DNA of 64,000 nucleotides, from the NCBI GenBank assembly GCA_964598995.1, contig CAZRDR010000021.1, forward strand, positions 537-64,536, written 5' to 3'. The DNA is from an uncultured Gammaproteobacteria bacterium (lineage in GTDB: Bacteria > Patescibacteriota > Microgenomatia > Levybacterales > UBA12049). Both the position numbers and the translations under genes were made by a program. Positions 9,805 to 20,614 of the stretch are shown here, in pieces (within the stretch, counting starts at the first letter, position 1; every line of letters begins with the position of its first letter). The notes beneath the pieces were generated by a model that worked only from the letters and a program-made list of their open reading frames with translations, was not told where the DNA came from and searched no databases.

Positions 9805-9822
9805 AAAAACCCGAAAACGGGC
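9805..9822 (-). terminator. Rho-independent terminator downstream of dnaJ-like gene (minus strand reads GCCCGTTTTCGGGTTTTT)
   Basis: A GC stem CCCG/CGGG with a 4-nt loop, followed by T5 on the minus strand. It lies about 60 nt after the dnaJ stop at 9884 and immediately upstream of the pilin start. Confidence 0.5.
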
Positions 9823-9883
9823 TATACTCCTGTTAAAAGTATATGGAGTTTATAGATAAATTACAATTGAAGAAGATTAGTTC

Positions 9884-10756
9884 TTAAAACCACTTTTTCT
9901 TCGAGGATTCGGTATCGAACTGTTCAAGTAATTCTTTTTGCTTTTTACTCACGGTTTTTGGGATCACGACTTTTATTTTTACATAATGGTCACCCATGCC
10001 TGAGCCGCGGAGTCGCTGGATGCCTTTGCCGCGTAAGCGAATCAAGCTTTCAGGCTGCGTACCGGAAGGAATTTTAATCTTTACTGGACCTTGGACAGTC
10101 TCGACACTAATCTCACTGCCGAGGACTGCCTGTGGGAAGGTAATCTCCTCCTCAGAGATAACATCTGAACCCTCACGCTGAAATTTTTTATCTGATGCGA
10201 CGTCAAACACGATGTCATAAGTATCAAACCTCATCCTCGTTCCAGAATCAACTCCAGCTGGAACTTTGATCTTTTGTTTTTTACCATCGATGGTGACCTC
10301 TTTTTCTGTTCCGCTCACAGCCTCAGTAAATGAAAGCGAAAGAGAGTAGACCGGCCGACGTGATCGTGACCCAAAAGGTGAAGCACCGCCAAAAAACTGC
10401 TCGAAAATTTCAAAAGGATCTGAAAATCCGCCGAAGTCAAAGCCCTGGCCATTAGTCGTGTACGTGTACTGTCCGCCAAAACCACCAAAAGGCCCCTGAC
10501 CACCAAATGGTCCGCCAGCCCCAGCGCCTCCTTGCTCAAATGCTGCAGCTCCGAACTGGTCATACGTCTGACGCTTCTGTGGATCAGACAAGACCTCATA
10601 GGCTTTAGTAATTTCTTTGAACTTCTCTTCGCCTTCTTTAGTCTTATTACGATCAGGATGATACTGAAGCGCTAACTTACGATAGGATTTCTTAATCTCA
10701 TCCTGTGTTGCCGACTTAGTTACACCTAATAATGAATAATAATCTTGATTTGCCAT
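9884..10756 (-). CDS. dnaJ: DnaJ-class co-chaperone, type II / CbpA-like (J-domain + G/F-rich region + C-terminal substrate-binding domains, no CxxCxGxG zinc finger)
   Basis: The N-terminal [32 protein letters not shown] contains the HPD motif. A long Gly/Phe-rich linker follows. The four Cys-rich zinc-finger repeats are absent. It is the last gene of the hrcA-grpE-dnaK operon. Confidence 0.8.
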   Translation of the reverse strand: MANQDYYSLLGVTKSATQDEIKKSYRKLALQYHPDRNKTKEGEEKFKEITKAYEVLSDPQKRQTYDQFGAAAFEQGGAGAGGPFGGQGPFGGFGGQYTYTTNGQGFDFGGFSDPFEIFEQFFGGASPFGSRSRRPVYSLSLSFTEAVSGTEKEVTIDGKKQKIKVPAGVDSGTRMRFDTYDIVFDVASDKKFQREGSDVISEEEITFPQAVLGSEISVETVQGPVKIKIPSGTQPESLIRLRGKGIQRLRGSGMGDHYVKIKVVIPKTVSKKQKELLEQFDTESSKKKWF

Positions 10757-10757
10757 A

Positions 10758-11525
10758 TTATTTTTTAGCTCTTTTACTTAACTGAGTATATCGATCAAAT
10801 GCACGTGGACCGATGACAGTATGAGCAGTGTTTAACCCTTCAAACCTTCCATTTGGGTAGCCAACTGTTACTTTTGTTTCACGCTTAGTAAGAGCGTCTC
10901 TAAGATCATTATTATACCATGTCCTGCCTCCACCTAAGGTATAAAAGTGAGCATCAGATGAACCCACTGCACCACCTAACTTATCTCCGTATGAACTAAG
11001 ATTTGCAGAATAATAAGCGAGCGCTTGGTCGTTATTGCCGTTAAAACGTGGACTGAATTCAAGCCCCGCGTTATAGACCTCAAATCCATCAAAATACACA
11101 TAAGGATTTTTGCTATTTATGACTAGCTGAATACCCGTCTCTCCTATACCCTTAACAAGAACGGCGAATGGATGAACTGCTATTGCCAAACCATCCTGAT
11201 CGTGAATTGCTTCAAGTGTCCAATCGATATCTTTACCTTGAGGAATATCTGATTTGAGGTAAAGCCCAAGGACATGACCACCACTGGTAGAGATCTCTTC
11301 GCCTGGAATCAGTTCAGTTTCAGGAGAATAGACTTGCGCATAACCTTTCCCAAGAATTCCAGGTAAAAGAAAATTGTGATCTGTTACTCCAACAGCGCAG
11401 ATACCAAGTTCCCGAGCCACTTCGGTGATCTCATCGAGATTCATTTTCCCATCAGAAAATACCCCGTGGGTGTGAAGGTCTGCACATTTAGTTACTGTGT
11501 CTACTGATGAATAAATTTCTCTCAT
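10758..11525 (-). CDS. PHP-domain (polymerase/histidinol-phosphatase-like) metal-dependent phosphoesterase
   Basis: The N-terminal [38 protein letters not shown] matches the PHP H-x-H and D-H metal-binding motifs. It sits between dnaK and dnaJ with 1-2 nt gaps. Confidence 0.65.
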   Translation of the reverse strand: MREIYSSVDTVTKCADLHTHGVFSDGKMNLDEITEVARELGICAVGVTDHNFLLPGILGKGYAQVYSPETELIPGEEISTSGGHVLGLYLKSDIPQGKDIDWTLEAIHDQDGLAIAVHPFAVLVKGIGETGIQLVINSKNPYVYFDGFEVYNAGLEFSPRFNGNNDQALAYYSANLSSYGDKLGGAVGSSDAHFYTLGGGRTWYNNDLRDALTKRETKVTVGYPNGRFEGLNTAHTVIGPRAFDRYTQLSKRAKK

Positions 11526-11590
11526 AAGGAATTAATCATAAAAAAGCCCCGTCACGAACGAGGCATAGTTTTATAGTTATCTATCTATTA

Positions 11591-13486
11591 TTACTCAACG
11601 ACTTCGCCTTCAACAGGCTCGTCTTTGTTTTTATCAGAATCCTTCTTCTCCTCTGATGTTCCTGTATTTTCAGATGAAGCATCGGTCGAAGTATTAGCAG
11701 CATTCATCGCCTCACCAATTTTCATAAGAGTATCTGACAGCTCTTTGGTCTTTGCTTCAATTTCATCTTTACTGCCAGATTCCAAAACATCTTTGAGAGC
11801 TTTAATCTTGTCCTCAACTTCTTTCTTAGTATCCTCTTGTACTTTATCCCCAGCATCTTTGAGAGCTTTCTCGGCTGTAAAGATAAGTGAATCAGCTTGG
11901 TTACGTGCCTCGACCTGAGCTTTTTTCTCTTCATCTTCTTTTGCATGCATCTCGGCTTCTTTCGTCATGCGCTCGACTTCATCCTTAGACAGGCCAGTTG
12001 ACCCCTGGATCTTAATACTCTGTTCCTTACCACTTGCTTTATCCTTAGCTTTAACACTGAGGATTCCACTTGCATCGATATCGAAAGTGACTTCGACCTG
12101 AGGCATACCACGAGGTGCTGGTGGGATACCATCTAAGATAAATCGACCGAGTGACTTGTTATCTGCAGCCATAGGACGCTCTCCCTGGAGAACATTAATT
12201 TCAACTTGTGTCTGGTTATCAGCTGCTGTTGAGAAGACCTGTGACTTACTGGTCGGGATAGTCGTATTGCGTGAGATAAGAGGAGTTGATACGCCGCCTA
12301 GTGTCTCAAGACCAAGAGTTAATGGAGTAACGTCTAGAAGTAACACATCTTTGACGTCTCCTGAGAGAACGCCTCCCTGAACAGCCGCTCCGATTGCGAC
12401 GACTTCATCTGGGTTAACTGATTTGTTAGGCTCTTTACCAAAGAACTTAGATACCGTCTCGACAATCTTTGGCATGCGAGTCATTCCGCCAACGAGTACG
12501 ATTTCATCTATTGCTGACTTCTCAACACCCGCATCTTTGAGCGCTAACTCAACAGGCTTTAATGTCTTTTGGACGAGATCATCGACGAGCTGTTCTAATT
12601 TCGCACGAGTTAAGGTCATCGTGAGATGAAGTGGACCATTTTCACCTTGGGTAATAAATGGCTGATTGATTTGTGCTTCTTGAGAAGTTGAGAGCTCGAT
12701 CTTTGCTTTTTCTGCTGATTCTTTCAGACGCTGAAGAGCCTGGGCATCTTTACGAAGATCGATATTATTTTCTTTCTTAAACTCATCTGCGAGGTAATCG
12801 ATGATGACCTGGTCGAAGTCGTCTCCGCCGAGGTGAGTATCACCATTGGTTGATTTAACTTCATAGACGCCATCACCAAGCTCCAAAATTGAGATATCGA
12901 ATGTTCCGCCTCCAAGGTCATAGACTGCGATCGTATGTGCATTTTGCTTATCGAGTCCGTAGGCGAGTGCTGCAGCGGTAGGCTCATTAATAATTCGCTT
13001 TACATCAAGTCCAGCGATCTCTCCAGCTTGTTTGGTAGCTTGGCGCTGACTGTCGTCAAAGTAGGCGGGAACAGTAATAACTGCTTCAGTAACTTTTTCT
13101 CCTAAATATGCCTCTGCATCAGATTTGATTTTCTGGAGGATCATAGCAGATACTTCTTGAGGAGTGTAGGTCTTACCATCAACTTCAACTACAGCCATAT
13201 CATCACGGCCTGCTTTGACTGTATATGGCAGCCATTTCATATCACGCTGGACTGACTCGTCATGGAACTTCTTACCCATCAGACGTTTTACTGAAAAAAT
13301 CGTCTCTTTAGGCTTTAAGACCATCTGACGCTTGGCCACGTCCCCTACGACATGCGTCTTTGGATCAACAACTGATGGGATAACATTTCTTCCCTCAGCT
13401 GAGTGGATGACCTTTGGTGATCCACCCTCCATCACAGCCATAGCTGAATTTGTTGTACCTAAATCAATTCCAATTATTTTTGCCAT
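11591..13486 (-). CDS. dnaK: Hsp70 chaperone DnaK
   Basis: Hsp70 signatures [18 protein letters not shown] and [10 protein letters not shown] are present. It is 631 aa and lies in an operon with grpE and hrcA. Confidence 0.95.
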   Translation of the reverse strand: MAKIIGIDLGTTNSAMAVMEGGSPKVIHSAEGRNVIPSVVDPKTHVVGDVAKRQMVLKPKETIFSVKRLMGKKFHDESVQRDMKWLPYTVKAGRDDMAVVEVDGKTYTPQEVSAMILQKIKSDAEAYLGEKVTEAVITVPAYFDDSQRQATKQAGEIAGLDVKRIINEPTAAALAYGLDKQNAHTIAVYDLGGGTFDISILELGDGVYEVKSTNGDTHLGGDDFDQVIIDYLADEFKKENNIDLRKDAQALQRLKESAEKAKIELSTSQEAQINQPFITQGENGPLHLTMTLTRAKLEQLVDDLVQKTLKPVELALKDAGVEKSAIDEIVLVGGMTRMPKIVETVSKFFGKEPNKSVNPDEVVAIGAAVQGGVLSGDVKDVLLLDVTPLTLGLETLGGVSTPLISRNTTIPTSKSQVFSTAADNQTQVEINVLQGERPMAADNKSLGRFILDGIPPAPRGMPQVEVTFDIDASGILSVKAKDKASGKEQSIKIQGSTGLSKDEVERMTKEAEMHAKEDEEKKAQVEARNQADSLIFTAEKALKDAGDKVQEDTKKEVEDKIKALKDVLESGSKDEIEAKTKELSDTLMKIGEAMNAANTSTDASSENTGTSEEKKDSDKNKDEPVEGEVVE

Positions 13487-13487
13487 A

Positions 13488-13994
13488 TTAATTACTTTCT
13501 TTCTGACCGTTTCCTACGACGACTTGCGCCGCGCGTAAGAGTTTGTCATGCAGCAAGTATCCTGTGCGTACTTCCTGTATAACAACTCCATCCTTACCCG
13601 GACCGGTAGTCACGACTTCCATAGTTACTGGATCAAAATCCTTTCCAATAGTCTCGATCTTGGTTACTCCATCAGATTTTAATGTCTGAAGAAATTGATC
13701 GGTAACTATTTTTAAAGTTCTGTTCTCTTCGTGCTGTTGAGCAAGTATTAATGTATCCAAAATTGGTAAAAATCTCAACAGTAATTCCTTGTTACTTGAT
13801 TGAATTAGAACCAATCGTTCTTCCCGTACTCTTTTCTCAAGATTCTGATAATCTGCGATCGCTCTTAAGCGAGCATTCTCAGCAATCTGTAATTTCTCCT
13901 CGCACTCATCGTGACTCTGCTCTTCGCGTTCGACCTCATTTACTGTCTCTCCAATCTCTTCTTCTGGTTTTGTCGTTTTCTTATCCATTACCAT
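13488..13994 (-). CDS. grpE: Nucleotide exchange factor GrpE
   Basis: It is 168 aa with a coiled-coil N-terminus and a GrpE-like C-terminus. Its position between hrcA and dnaK is canonical. Confidence 0.8.
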   Translation of the reverse strand: MVMDKKTTKPEEEIGETVNEVEREEQSHDECEEKLQIAENARLRAIADYQNLEKRVREERLVLIQSSNKELLLRFLPILDTLILAQQHEENRTLKIVTDQFLQTLKSDGVTKIETIGKDFDPVTMEVVTTGPGKDGVVIQEVRTGYLLHDKLLRAAQVVVGNGQKESN

Positions 13995-14728
13995 CCTTTT
14001 GCAACTGTCTCGATGAGGTCACCAAAGTAACGAACAGTCGGTACTACCATTGTATAGTTAAGTCGCACTGGACCAATTACACCGATCTGTCCTGCTCCAT
14101 GCATTGGCGTCTCGTACTGGGTATAGACAAAACTATACGGACCATGCAGTCTCTGACCTAAGTCTTCACCCATCAGAACATGAATGTCTTCGCTGTCAGA
14201 ACTAAATCTGCTACAGAGATCGAAGAAATAATCTTCCTCATCAAGTGTCGCTAAGAGCGTCTTGGTGATAACGATATCATAAAATTCAGGCATTTCTAAG
14301 ATATTTGAATAGCATGAGATGAAGACATCTCCTTCACTAGTTGTCGCGATAGCGAGTGTCCTTGTCTTATTTGCTAACGAGCGGGTTGCTTCCTTTAAGA
14401 AGCGCTGCATCTTTTCTCGGTAATCCCAAACTTTTTCTTTAAGCGCTACTTCCTCAACAGTTGATAGCTCTTTTTCCTTCATCAGCTGAGTTACATAGAA
14501 CTTCATACCGATAGGAGTAGGAACACGTCCAGCTGAAGAGTGAGGCTTTTTAAGATAGCCAAACTCAGAGAGTCTGACCATTTCATTTCGAATAGTCGCA
14601 GGAGAAGCACTAAGATTGTATTTCTTCTCAAGCGTCTCCGAACCTACCGGTTCAGCCGTATTGATGTATTCCTCAATAATAGCTTTAAGAATTTCAATCT
14701 GTCGTTGGGTTAGATTGTGCATATGCAT
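13988..14728 (-). CDS. hrcA: Heat-inducible transcription repressor HrcA
   Basis: It has an N-terminal winged-helix region (LTQRQIEILKAIIEEYINTAEPVGSETL) and HrcA length. It is the first gene of the grpE-dnaK operon, with a CIRCE-like operator just upstream. Confidence 0.85.
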   Translation of the reverse strand: MHMHNLTQRQIEILKAIIEEYINTAEPVGSETLEKKYNLSASPATIRNEMVRLSEFGYLKKPHSSAGRVPTPIGMKFYVTQLMKEKELSTVEEVALKEKVWDYREKMQRFLKEATRSLANKTRTLAIATTSEGDVFISCYSNILEMPEFYDIVITKTLLATLDEEDYFFDLCSRFSSDSEDIHVLMGEDLGQRLHGPYSFVYTQYETPMHGAGQIGVIGPVRLNYTMVVPTVRYFGDLIETVAKGW

Positions 14729-14740
14729 TACCGGACAAGA

Positions 14741-14767
14741 TTAGCAGTATGATAACAAGAGTGCTAG
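14741..14767 (-). promoter_or_regulatory. CIRCE-like HrcA operator (TTAGCAgta-N9-GAGTGCTAg vs consensus TTAGCACTC-N9-GAGTGCTAA)
   Basis: An imperfect inverted repeat with a 9-nt spacer, 13-39 nt upstream of the hrcA start codon (14728). Confidence 0.6.
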
Positions 14768-14843
14768 GACTTGTCAAGCCCATAATTGGAATATTTTTGA
14801 AGCTAGTGTTGTAAGAGTACAGTAAATTCTTTATGCTTTATCT

Positions 14844-15188
14844 ATGCGAAAAAATAAAAAAAGAAACATTATTTACCTTATCAGTAGTATTGTCTCACTC
14901 GTCAGTCTTCTGCTGATCATTTTTTTTCTGCCGCCATTTACCACACTCCAACTCTTATTCCTTATCATCCAGCCGGTCATGCTCCTCTTTCTTCCGCTCA
15001 TCGTACTTCTTTTTAGTTTACCAGCATTTATCTTTAAGACTCGAAAGCATGGCATCTTCCTTAGTATTTTTGTCGTTACGTATCTGTTATTCCGTCTCAA
15101 CGGCCTCACGCATCCGATCTTCTTAGTTCTTCTCGTAGGACTCCTCTTGATGCTTGAGTTCCTGTTCAGCAACCGCCAGCCTCAATAA
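14844..15188 (+). CDS. Small hydrophobic membrane protein (114 aa), hypothetical
   Basis: The ORF is almost entirely hydrophobic (LLLIIFFLPPFTTLQLLFLIIQPVMLLFLPLIVLLFSL...). The competing antisense ORF at 14873..15172 is K/R-rich low complexity and less plausible. Confidence 0.3.
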   Translation: MRKNKKRNIIYLISSIVSLVSLLLIIFFLPPFTTLQLLFLIIQPVMLLFLPLIVLLFSLPAFIFKTRKHGIFLSIFVVTYLLFRLNGLTHPIFLVLLVGLLLMLEFLFSNRQPQ

Positions 15189-15363
15189 AGGTTGCTGGAG
15201 GCTCACTCCTCTGGTACAATTCAGTAGCTGTTAATGCTTACAAGTGCTGCATTGGATGCAGTACAAGGAAGAATCGAGCAGCGGAATAAGACGTACTGAT
15301 ATGTACGTTGTTGAGCAACGCAGATTCTGACGCAGGAATGCGCCAACTGCAGAACTTGTACTT

Positions 15364-16779
15364 ATGAATAAGTTTTATCTTACCAGTGCCATTCCTTATG
15401 TAAATGCGCGTCCCCACATCGGTCATGCATTGGAGTTCCTCCAAGCTGACACGATTCGTCGCTATCGAAAGCTTTTAGGTGATGACGTGTTGTATCTATG
15501 TGGTTCAGATGAAAATGCGATAAAAAATGTCCAGGCTGCCGAAAAAGCAGGTCAGCCTATTCAGGAATTTATCGACGAAAATGCCAAGTATTTTGAGGAA
15601 CTGGCAAAGGAGCTGAATGTCGAATTTGATGTCTTCCAGAAAGGTAGTAGTGATGATCATAAAATAGCCAGTCAGCGACTCTGGGAGTTATGCGATAAAA
15701 ATGGTGATATCTATAAAAAGGCCTACAAAGGTCTTTATTGTGTCGGCTGTGAAGAATTTAAGAGTCCAAGCGAACTAAACGAACAAGGCGAGTGCCCTGA
15801 GCATCCTGGCAAACCACTTGAGGAAATTGAAGAGGAAAATTATTTCTTTAAATTATCAAACTATCAGGACCAACTCTTAGAGCTTATCGAATCAGATGAG
15901 TACAAAATTATTCCTGAGTTTAGAAAAAATGAAATAGTCTCGTTTATTAAATCTGGTCTGCAGGACTTTAGTATCTCCCGCAGTAATGAGCGTGCAAAGA
16001 ACTGGGGAGTACCAGTCCCAGGTGACGATTCACAAAGAATTTATGTCTGGTTCGATGCGCTCAACATCTACCAGTCAGGAATTGGCTTTGGTACTAATGA
16101 AGAAAAGTACAACAAATGGTGGCCGGCTAATCTCCATGTCGTTGGTAAAGGTATCATCAGATTCCACGCTGTCTACTGGCCAGCGATTCTATTATCTGCT
16201 GGACTAAAACTCCCTAAAGCACTTTTCGTCCACGAGTATTTCACCGTCAATGGTCAAAAGATGTCCAAGACACTTGGCAATGTGGTTAATCCTATCGATA
16301 TCACCGCCAAATATGGCACTGATGCCCTCAGATATTACTGTCTCGCCAAAATATCACCATTCCAGGACGGTGATTTTTCTGAAGAGAGATTAAAAGAAGT
16401 CTACAACTCAGACCTTGCCAATGGCCTGGGAAATTTAGTCGCGCGTGTCGCCCGATTAGCTGAGAAACACCAAATTAGTCTTAATCAAAAAGATCAAGCC
16501 TTAACTCAAGAAGTTAATGCAGCTTTAACTGATTACAAATTTAACGAGGCACTTGGCGAAGTGTGGCGACTTATCACCAAAGCTGACCAGCAAATCAACG
16601 AGACAAAGCCATGGGAACTTGAGGGAGAGAAGGCTAAAGAAGTATTATCTGATCTTTCGGAACAAATCGCGATTATTGCGTATAATCTCCAGCCTTTCTT
16701 ACCTGCAACAGCAGAAAAAATTCTCAGTCAATTCTCAGGCGAGATTAAAAGCTCAACTCCACTTTTCCCAAGACTTTAG
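15364..16779 (+). CDS. metG: Methionyl-tRNA synthetase, minimal form (no C-terminal tRNA-binding domain)
   Basis: Class I HIGH (ARPHIGHALE) and KMSKS (KMSKTLGN) motifs. The zinc knuckle is CVGCEEF...CPEHPG. Confidence 0.9.
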   Translation: MNKFYLTSAIPYVNARPHIGHALEFLQADTIRRYRKLLGDDVLYLCGSDENAIKNVQAAEKAGQPIQEFIDENAKYFEELAKELNVEFDVFQKGSSDDHKIASQRLWELCDKNGDIYKKAYKGLYCVGCEEFKSPSELNEQGECPEHPGKPLEEIEEENYFFKLSNYQDQLLELIESDEYKIIPEFRKNEIVSFIKSGLQDFSISRSNERAKNWGVPVPGDDSQRIYVWFDALNIYQSGIGFGTNEEKYNKWWPANLHVVGKGIIRFHAVYWPAILLSAGLKLPKALFVHEYFTVNGQKMSKTLGNVVNPIDITAKYGTDALRYYCLAKISPFQDGDFSEERLKEVYNSDLANGLGNLVARVARLAEKHQISLNQKDQALTQEVNAALTDYKFNEALGEVWRLITKADQQINETKPWELEGEKAKEVLSDLSEQIAIIAYNLQPFLPATAEKILSQFSGEIKSSTPLFPRL

Positions 16780-16784
16780 TCACT

Positions 16785-17591
16785 ATGATCGATGTTCACT
16801 GTCATCTTAATTTTCATAGCTTTGAAAAAGACTATGATGAAGTAATCAAGAGTGCGCTTAGTAAAGGTGTTACGCGTATCATTAATACCGGTACCAAACA
16901 TGACTCCAGTCAATGGGCCGTCGATCTAGCTAAAAAGTACGATGAGTTATACGCAATCGTCGGAGTTCACCCACATCACGCGGATAAAGTCGAGTTGGGA
17001 GAAAACTGGATTGAAGAATTAGAAAAAATCGCTCTTCAGGATAAAGTCGTAGGAATTGGCGAGATAGGCCTAGATTATTTTAGCTATCAGTCAAATGGCG
17101 TTGTTGATCCTACATTACAAAAAGAAGTATTTGACGCACAGATAGAGCTAGCACATAAGCTTCACCTACCTCTCCAAATTCATAACCGCTTAGCTGGCGA
17201 GGATGTAATCGCGATGCTGAAAGAGCGTAAGCATCTCCTTGAGGCAGTTCCAGGCATGTTCCATTGTTTTGCAGGTTCTAAAGAGGTCCTCAAAGACGCT
17301 TTAGATATGGGCTTTTTTATTGGGTTTGATGGGAACAGTACCTATCCAGGTCTCGCTCCTAAAGAGACGGTAGAACTGCGAGAGCTAATGCAGCTTACCC
17401 CTCTTGAGCGTATTGTAACCGAGACAGATAGTCCTTATCTCACTCCTGTCCCGCATCGAGGAAAACGTAATATGCCTGAGTATGTTATCTTAGTTGGCAA
17501 GTTCGTAAGCGAGATTAAAGGTGTCTCTTACGATCAAATTGTGGAACAAACGACCAAAAACGTCTATACTATCTTTACTCGGATGAAATAA
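16785..17591 (+). CDS. tatD: TatD-family metal-dependent DNase/hydrolase
   Basis: It begins MIDVHCHLNF and has the later conserved motifs GEIGLDY and FDG of the TatD family. It is 268 aa. Confidence 0.85.
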   Translation: MIDVHCHLNFHSFEKDYDEVIKSALSKGVTRIINTGTKHDSSQWAVDLAKKYDELYAIVGVHPHHADKVELGENWIEELEKIALQDKVVGIGEIGLDYFSYQSNGVVDPTLQKEVFDAQIELAHKLHLPLQIHNRLAGEDVIAMLKERKHLLEAVPGMFHCFAGSKEVLKDALDMGFFIGFDGNSTYPGLAPKETVELRELMQLTPLERIVTETDSPYLTPVPHRGKRNMPEYVILVGKFVSEIKGVSYDQIVEQTTKNVYTIFTRMK

Positions 17592-17600
17592 AGCCGTATC

Positions 17601-19112
17601 GTGCTGCCTATACCCACTATGACAGATCATTTTGATAGATTATTTACCCGCTACCCCATCAAGACCAAGCGTTTTTTAGAACTCATGCCTGGACTTCTCT
17701 CCTGGACTGTCATCCTCTCACCTATCTGGGCCTCACTCTTAGCACCTACGCTCCTTGCCTACTTCATCCTCTTTTTTGATACCTATTGGTTCTACAAATC
17801 ATACTCGCTCGTCATTAATGCCTATCGCGGTGCAAAACGCATCAAGCAAGCAGAAAGAGCTAACTGGCTCGAGAAAGCTAAAAAGTATGACGACTATCGC
17901 AAGGTTCAGCATATTTTGATCATCCCAAGCTACAAAGAAAGTGTGGCAAAGATGCGAACGACCATCGAGAACCTCTCACGCCAAACACTTCCCTTAGACC
18001 AACTTCATGTCGTCCTGGCTATGGAAGAACGCGAAACTGAAGCTCCAGAAAAAGTCAAAGAAATTACTAATGAATTCAAAGGCAAATTCGGCAGCCTTTT
18101 TGCAACGTACCACGTTGATGCGCCTGGGGAGATTAAAGGAAAATCCTCTAACGAAGCCTTTGCCGGCAAAGCTGCCTACCAAAAACTTATTATTGAGGAA
18201 AAACTCGACATCGACTACGTCACGATCTCCAGCGTCGACGTTGATTCTATCTTTGATAAACAGTTCTTCGCCTACCTCACCTATGCATTCTTAAGTGATG
18301 AAAAGCGCTATAACAAATTCTGGCAGTCTGCCACAGTTTTTTATAACAATATTTGGCAAGTACCAGCCCCAATTCGTATCCTCTCATTCTTCGGCAGTCT
18401 TTGGAGGACTTCTATGCTGGTTCAGGGAGATCGTCTAATTACTCAATCCACCTACTCGCTCTCACTTAAACTCTTGCGAGATATTGGCTTCTGGGATGTT
18501 GATGTCATTCCTGAGGACTACCGCGTCTTCTTCAAAGCTTTCTTTAAGATGAAAGGTCAGGTCTGGACTGAGCCGATTTTCCTTAAGACCTCCATGGATG
18601 CAGCTTTCTCGCACGGTTATGTCAATAGTCTGAAGAATAAATACCATCAAGAGCGCAGATGGTCATGGGGAGTCTCAGATGACCCACTCTTCCTTAAATG
18701 GTGGTTCACCGTCCCAGGTGTTCCTTTTATGCGAAAAACGATTATGGTTTATCATGTCGTTCTCGATCATTTCCTCTGGCCGGTTAACTGGTTCGTCGTA
18801 ACGATTGCAGCCAACGTCATGCCTTTTGTAAATCCTGTTTTCTCACGAACTGAACTTGGCTATATCTTACCTCGTGTTGCAGGATCGATCTTAACCTCAA
18901 CGATCTTAGCTATTTTTGCCCTGATGTTCATCGACTATAAGAATCGTCCTGAGAATACGACACTCTCTCTTCGCCGTAAGATATTCTTCCCTTTTGAATT
19001 TATTCTGATGCCTATCGTTGGATTTTTCCTTTCAGCGCTTCCTGCTTTGATATCTCATACGCAACTTATGTTAGGTAAGCGTATGGAGTACAAAGTAACT
19101 GATAAAGCATGA
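17601..19112 (+). CDS. Membrane-embedded processive family-2 glycosyltransferase (cellulose/chitin/hyaluronan-synthase-like)
   Basis: N-terminal TM helices, then the GT-A motifs IIPSYKE, SVDVDS (DxD) and QERRWSWG (a QxxRW-type processivity motif), and several C-terminal TM helices. Confidence 0.65.
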   Translation: MLPIPTMTDHFDRLFTRYPIKTKRFLELMPGLLSWTVILSPIWASLLAPTLLAYFILFFDTYWFYKSYSLVINAYRGAKRIKQAERANWLEKAKKYDDYRKVQHILIIPSYKESVAKMRTTIENLSRQTLPLDQLHVVLAMEERETEAPEKVKEITNEFKGKFGSLFATYHVDAPGEIKGKSSNEAFAGKAAYQKLIIEEKLDIDYVTISSVDVDSIFDKQFFAYLTYAFLSDEKRYNKFWQSATVFYNNIWQVPAPIRILSFFGSLWRTSMLVQGDRLITQSTYSLSLKLLRDIGFWDVDVIPEDYRVFFKAFFKMKGQVWTEPIFLKTSMDAAFSHGYVNSLKNKYHQERRWSWGVSDDPLFLKWWFTVPGVPFMRKTIMVYHVVLDHFLWPVNWFVVTIAANVMPFVNPVFSRTELGYILPRVAGSILTSTILAIFALMFIDYKNRPENTTLSLRRKIFFPFEFILMPIVGFFLSALPALISHTQLMLGKRMEYKVTDKA

Positions 19113-20614
19113 AAGAACATATCAAACGACTTGAGAGGTCACATGAATTCTGGACTGTTATTGGTCTAGGTGTTGTCTTCTTTCTTCTCCGCCTTCCTTC
19201 TCTGTTCGAGCCATACTGGTATGGAGACGAAGGAATATACCAGACACTCGGACTTGCCATAACAAAAGGCCGCATACTCTACACAGGTATTTGGGATAAC
19301 AAACCTCCATTGCTCTACTATACGTATGCCCTCGTTCACAGCAGTCAGTTCGCCATTCGCTCCCTTTCACTCCTCGTCGGACTAGGAGCAATCGCATTAC
19401 TTTTTCTTTTAGCTAAAAAATTATTTAATGATCGGAAGAGTGCGCTTATTGCAACTGGCGTCTTTGTACTTTCTTTTGGCCTCCCGACATTCGAGGGTAA
19501 TATCGCAAATGCTGAGAACTTCATGCTGCTCCCCATTATCGCTGCAGGGTATGTAATCTACAGTCTGGTAACAAAGAACAGAGACTTCACATCAACCACA
19601 TCTTTGAAATTAGTTTCAGTAGCAGGTCTACTCCTAGGCTTTGCGTTCCTCTATAAAATAGTCGCTATCTTTGATTTTGCTGCTTTTTTTGTTTTTTTGA
19701 TTATCAGCACTTATCGCGAGAGATTTACCCGTGAGCAGATATTCTCCTATCTAAACAACGTTTGGAAACTCTTTGGGGTATTCATCGTTGGCTTTATCTT
19801 TCCTTTCTTTCTGACTATTCTCTATTTCGCTCTAAACCACGCGTTAGGGGAGTATATTCGCGCAACTTTCTTAAGTACCGTCGGCTATGTCGGATATAAA
19901 AATGCCTTTATCATCCCGCAAGGCTTACTCATCTCTAAAGTTATTATTCTTGCCATCTTTTGTCTGATACTCTTTATCAAAAGACAGAAGACCTCATCAA
20001 CTACACTATTTATTAGTCTTTGGGTTGCCTTCTCATTGTTTAATAGTTTCTTCTCTCAGCGTCCCTACACCCATTACGTATTAGTGCTCGTTCCTGCTTT
20101 TTCATTACTCGTTGGCAAAACATTTTTGGAAAGAAAATCTCAGCTAGTTAAATATGCAGTTATTACACTTATCGTCGGGTATCTGGGTATTCATTATTTC
20201 GATCACTGGAACATCAGCAAAACGATCCATTACTATACTAACTTTACGAGCTTTACGAGTGGAAACAAATCAGTGAACGCGTATGACACCTTCTTTGATA
20301 GAAGAACTATCCGTGACTATGAAATTATTTCGTATCTCAACCAACATAAACAAAAAGATTCTACACTCTATGTCTGGGGTAATGATGCTCAGATTTATCC
20401 TCTGACTGGTACTATCCCTCCGGGAAGATTTACTGTCGCGTATCACGTTGCAGGCAATCATAAGTATGAAAAGGAAATAGGAGACATCCTGAAGAACAAT
20501 CCTCCCCATTTTCTTGTGATCATGCGCGATGTGCCAGTTTATCCATTCCCGATGTATAATTACCGACAAGTACTAAGCGTACAGAATGCTGATATCTATG
20601 AACGGAACAATTAA
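19109..20614 (+). CDS. GT-C fold polytopic glycosyltransferase (ArnT/PMT, GT39/GT83-like), polyprenyl-phosphate-sugar dependent
   Basis: It has 10+ TM helices. The first extracytoplasmic loop contains YWYGDEGIY, the DE/DD motif typical of ArnT/PMT-like GT-C enzymes. Its start overlaps the GT2 stop (ATGA). Confidence 0.6.
   Translation: MKEHIKRLERSHEFWTVIGLGVVFFLLRLPSLFEPYWYGDEGIYQTLGLAITKGRILYTGIWDNKPPLLYYTYALVHSSQFAIRSLSLLVGLGAIALLFLLAKKLFNDRKSALIATGVFVLSFGLPTFEGNIANAENFMLLPIIAAGYVIYSLVTKNRDFTSTTSLKLVSVAGLLLGFAFLYKIVAIFDFAAFFVFLIISTYRERFTREQIFSYLNNVWKLFGVFIVGFIFPFFLTILYFALNHALGEYIRATFLSTVGYVGYKNAFIIPQGLLISKVIILAIFCLILFIKRQKTSSTTLFISLWVAFSLFNSFFSQRPYTHYVLVLVPAFSLLVGKTFLERKSQLVKYAVITLIVGYLGIHYFDHWNISKTIHYYTNFTSFTSGNKSVNAYDTFFDRRTIRDYEIISYLNQHKQKDSTLYVWGNDAQIYPLTGTIPPGRFTVAYHVAGNHKYEKEIGDILKNNPPHFLVIMRDVPVYPFPMYNYRQVLSVQNADIYERNN

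Noticed and set aside
15189-15363. T-box riboswitch upstream of metG
   Set aside because: No T-box consensus (AANNNGGGTGGNACCGCG) is visible, and no specifier-loop arrangement. I kept only a low-interest note on palindromes.
15238-15444. 68-aa minus-strand ORF overlapping the metG start
   Set aside because: It overlaps the well-supported metG N-terminus and leader. The product has no features.
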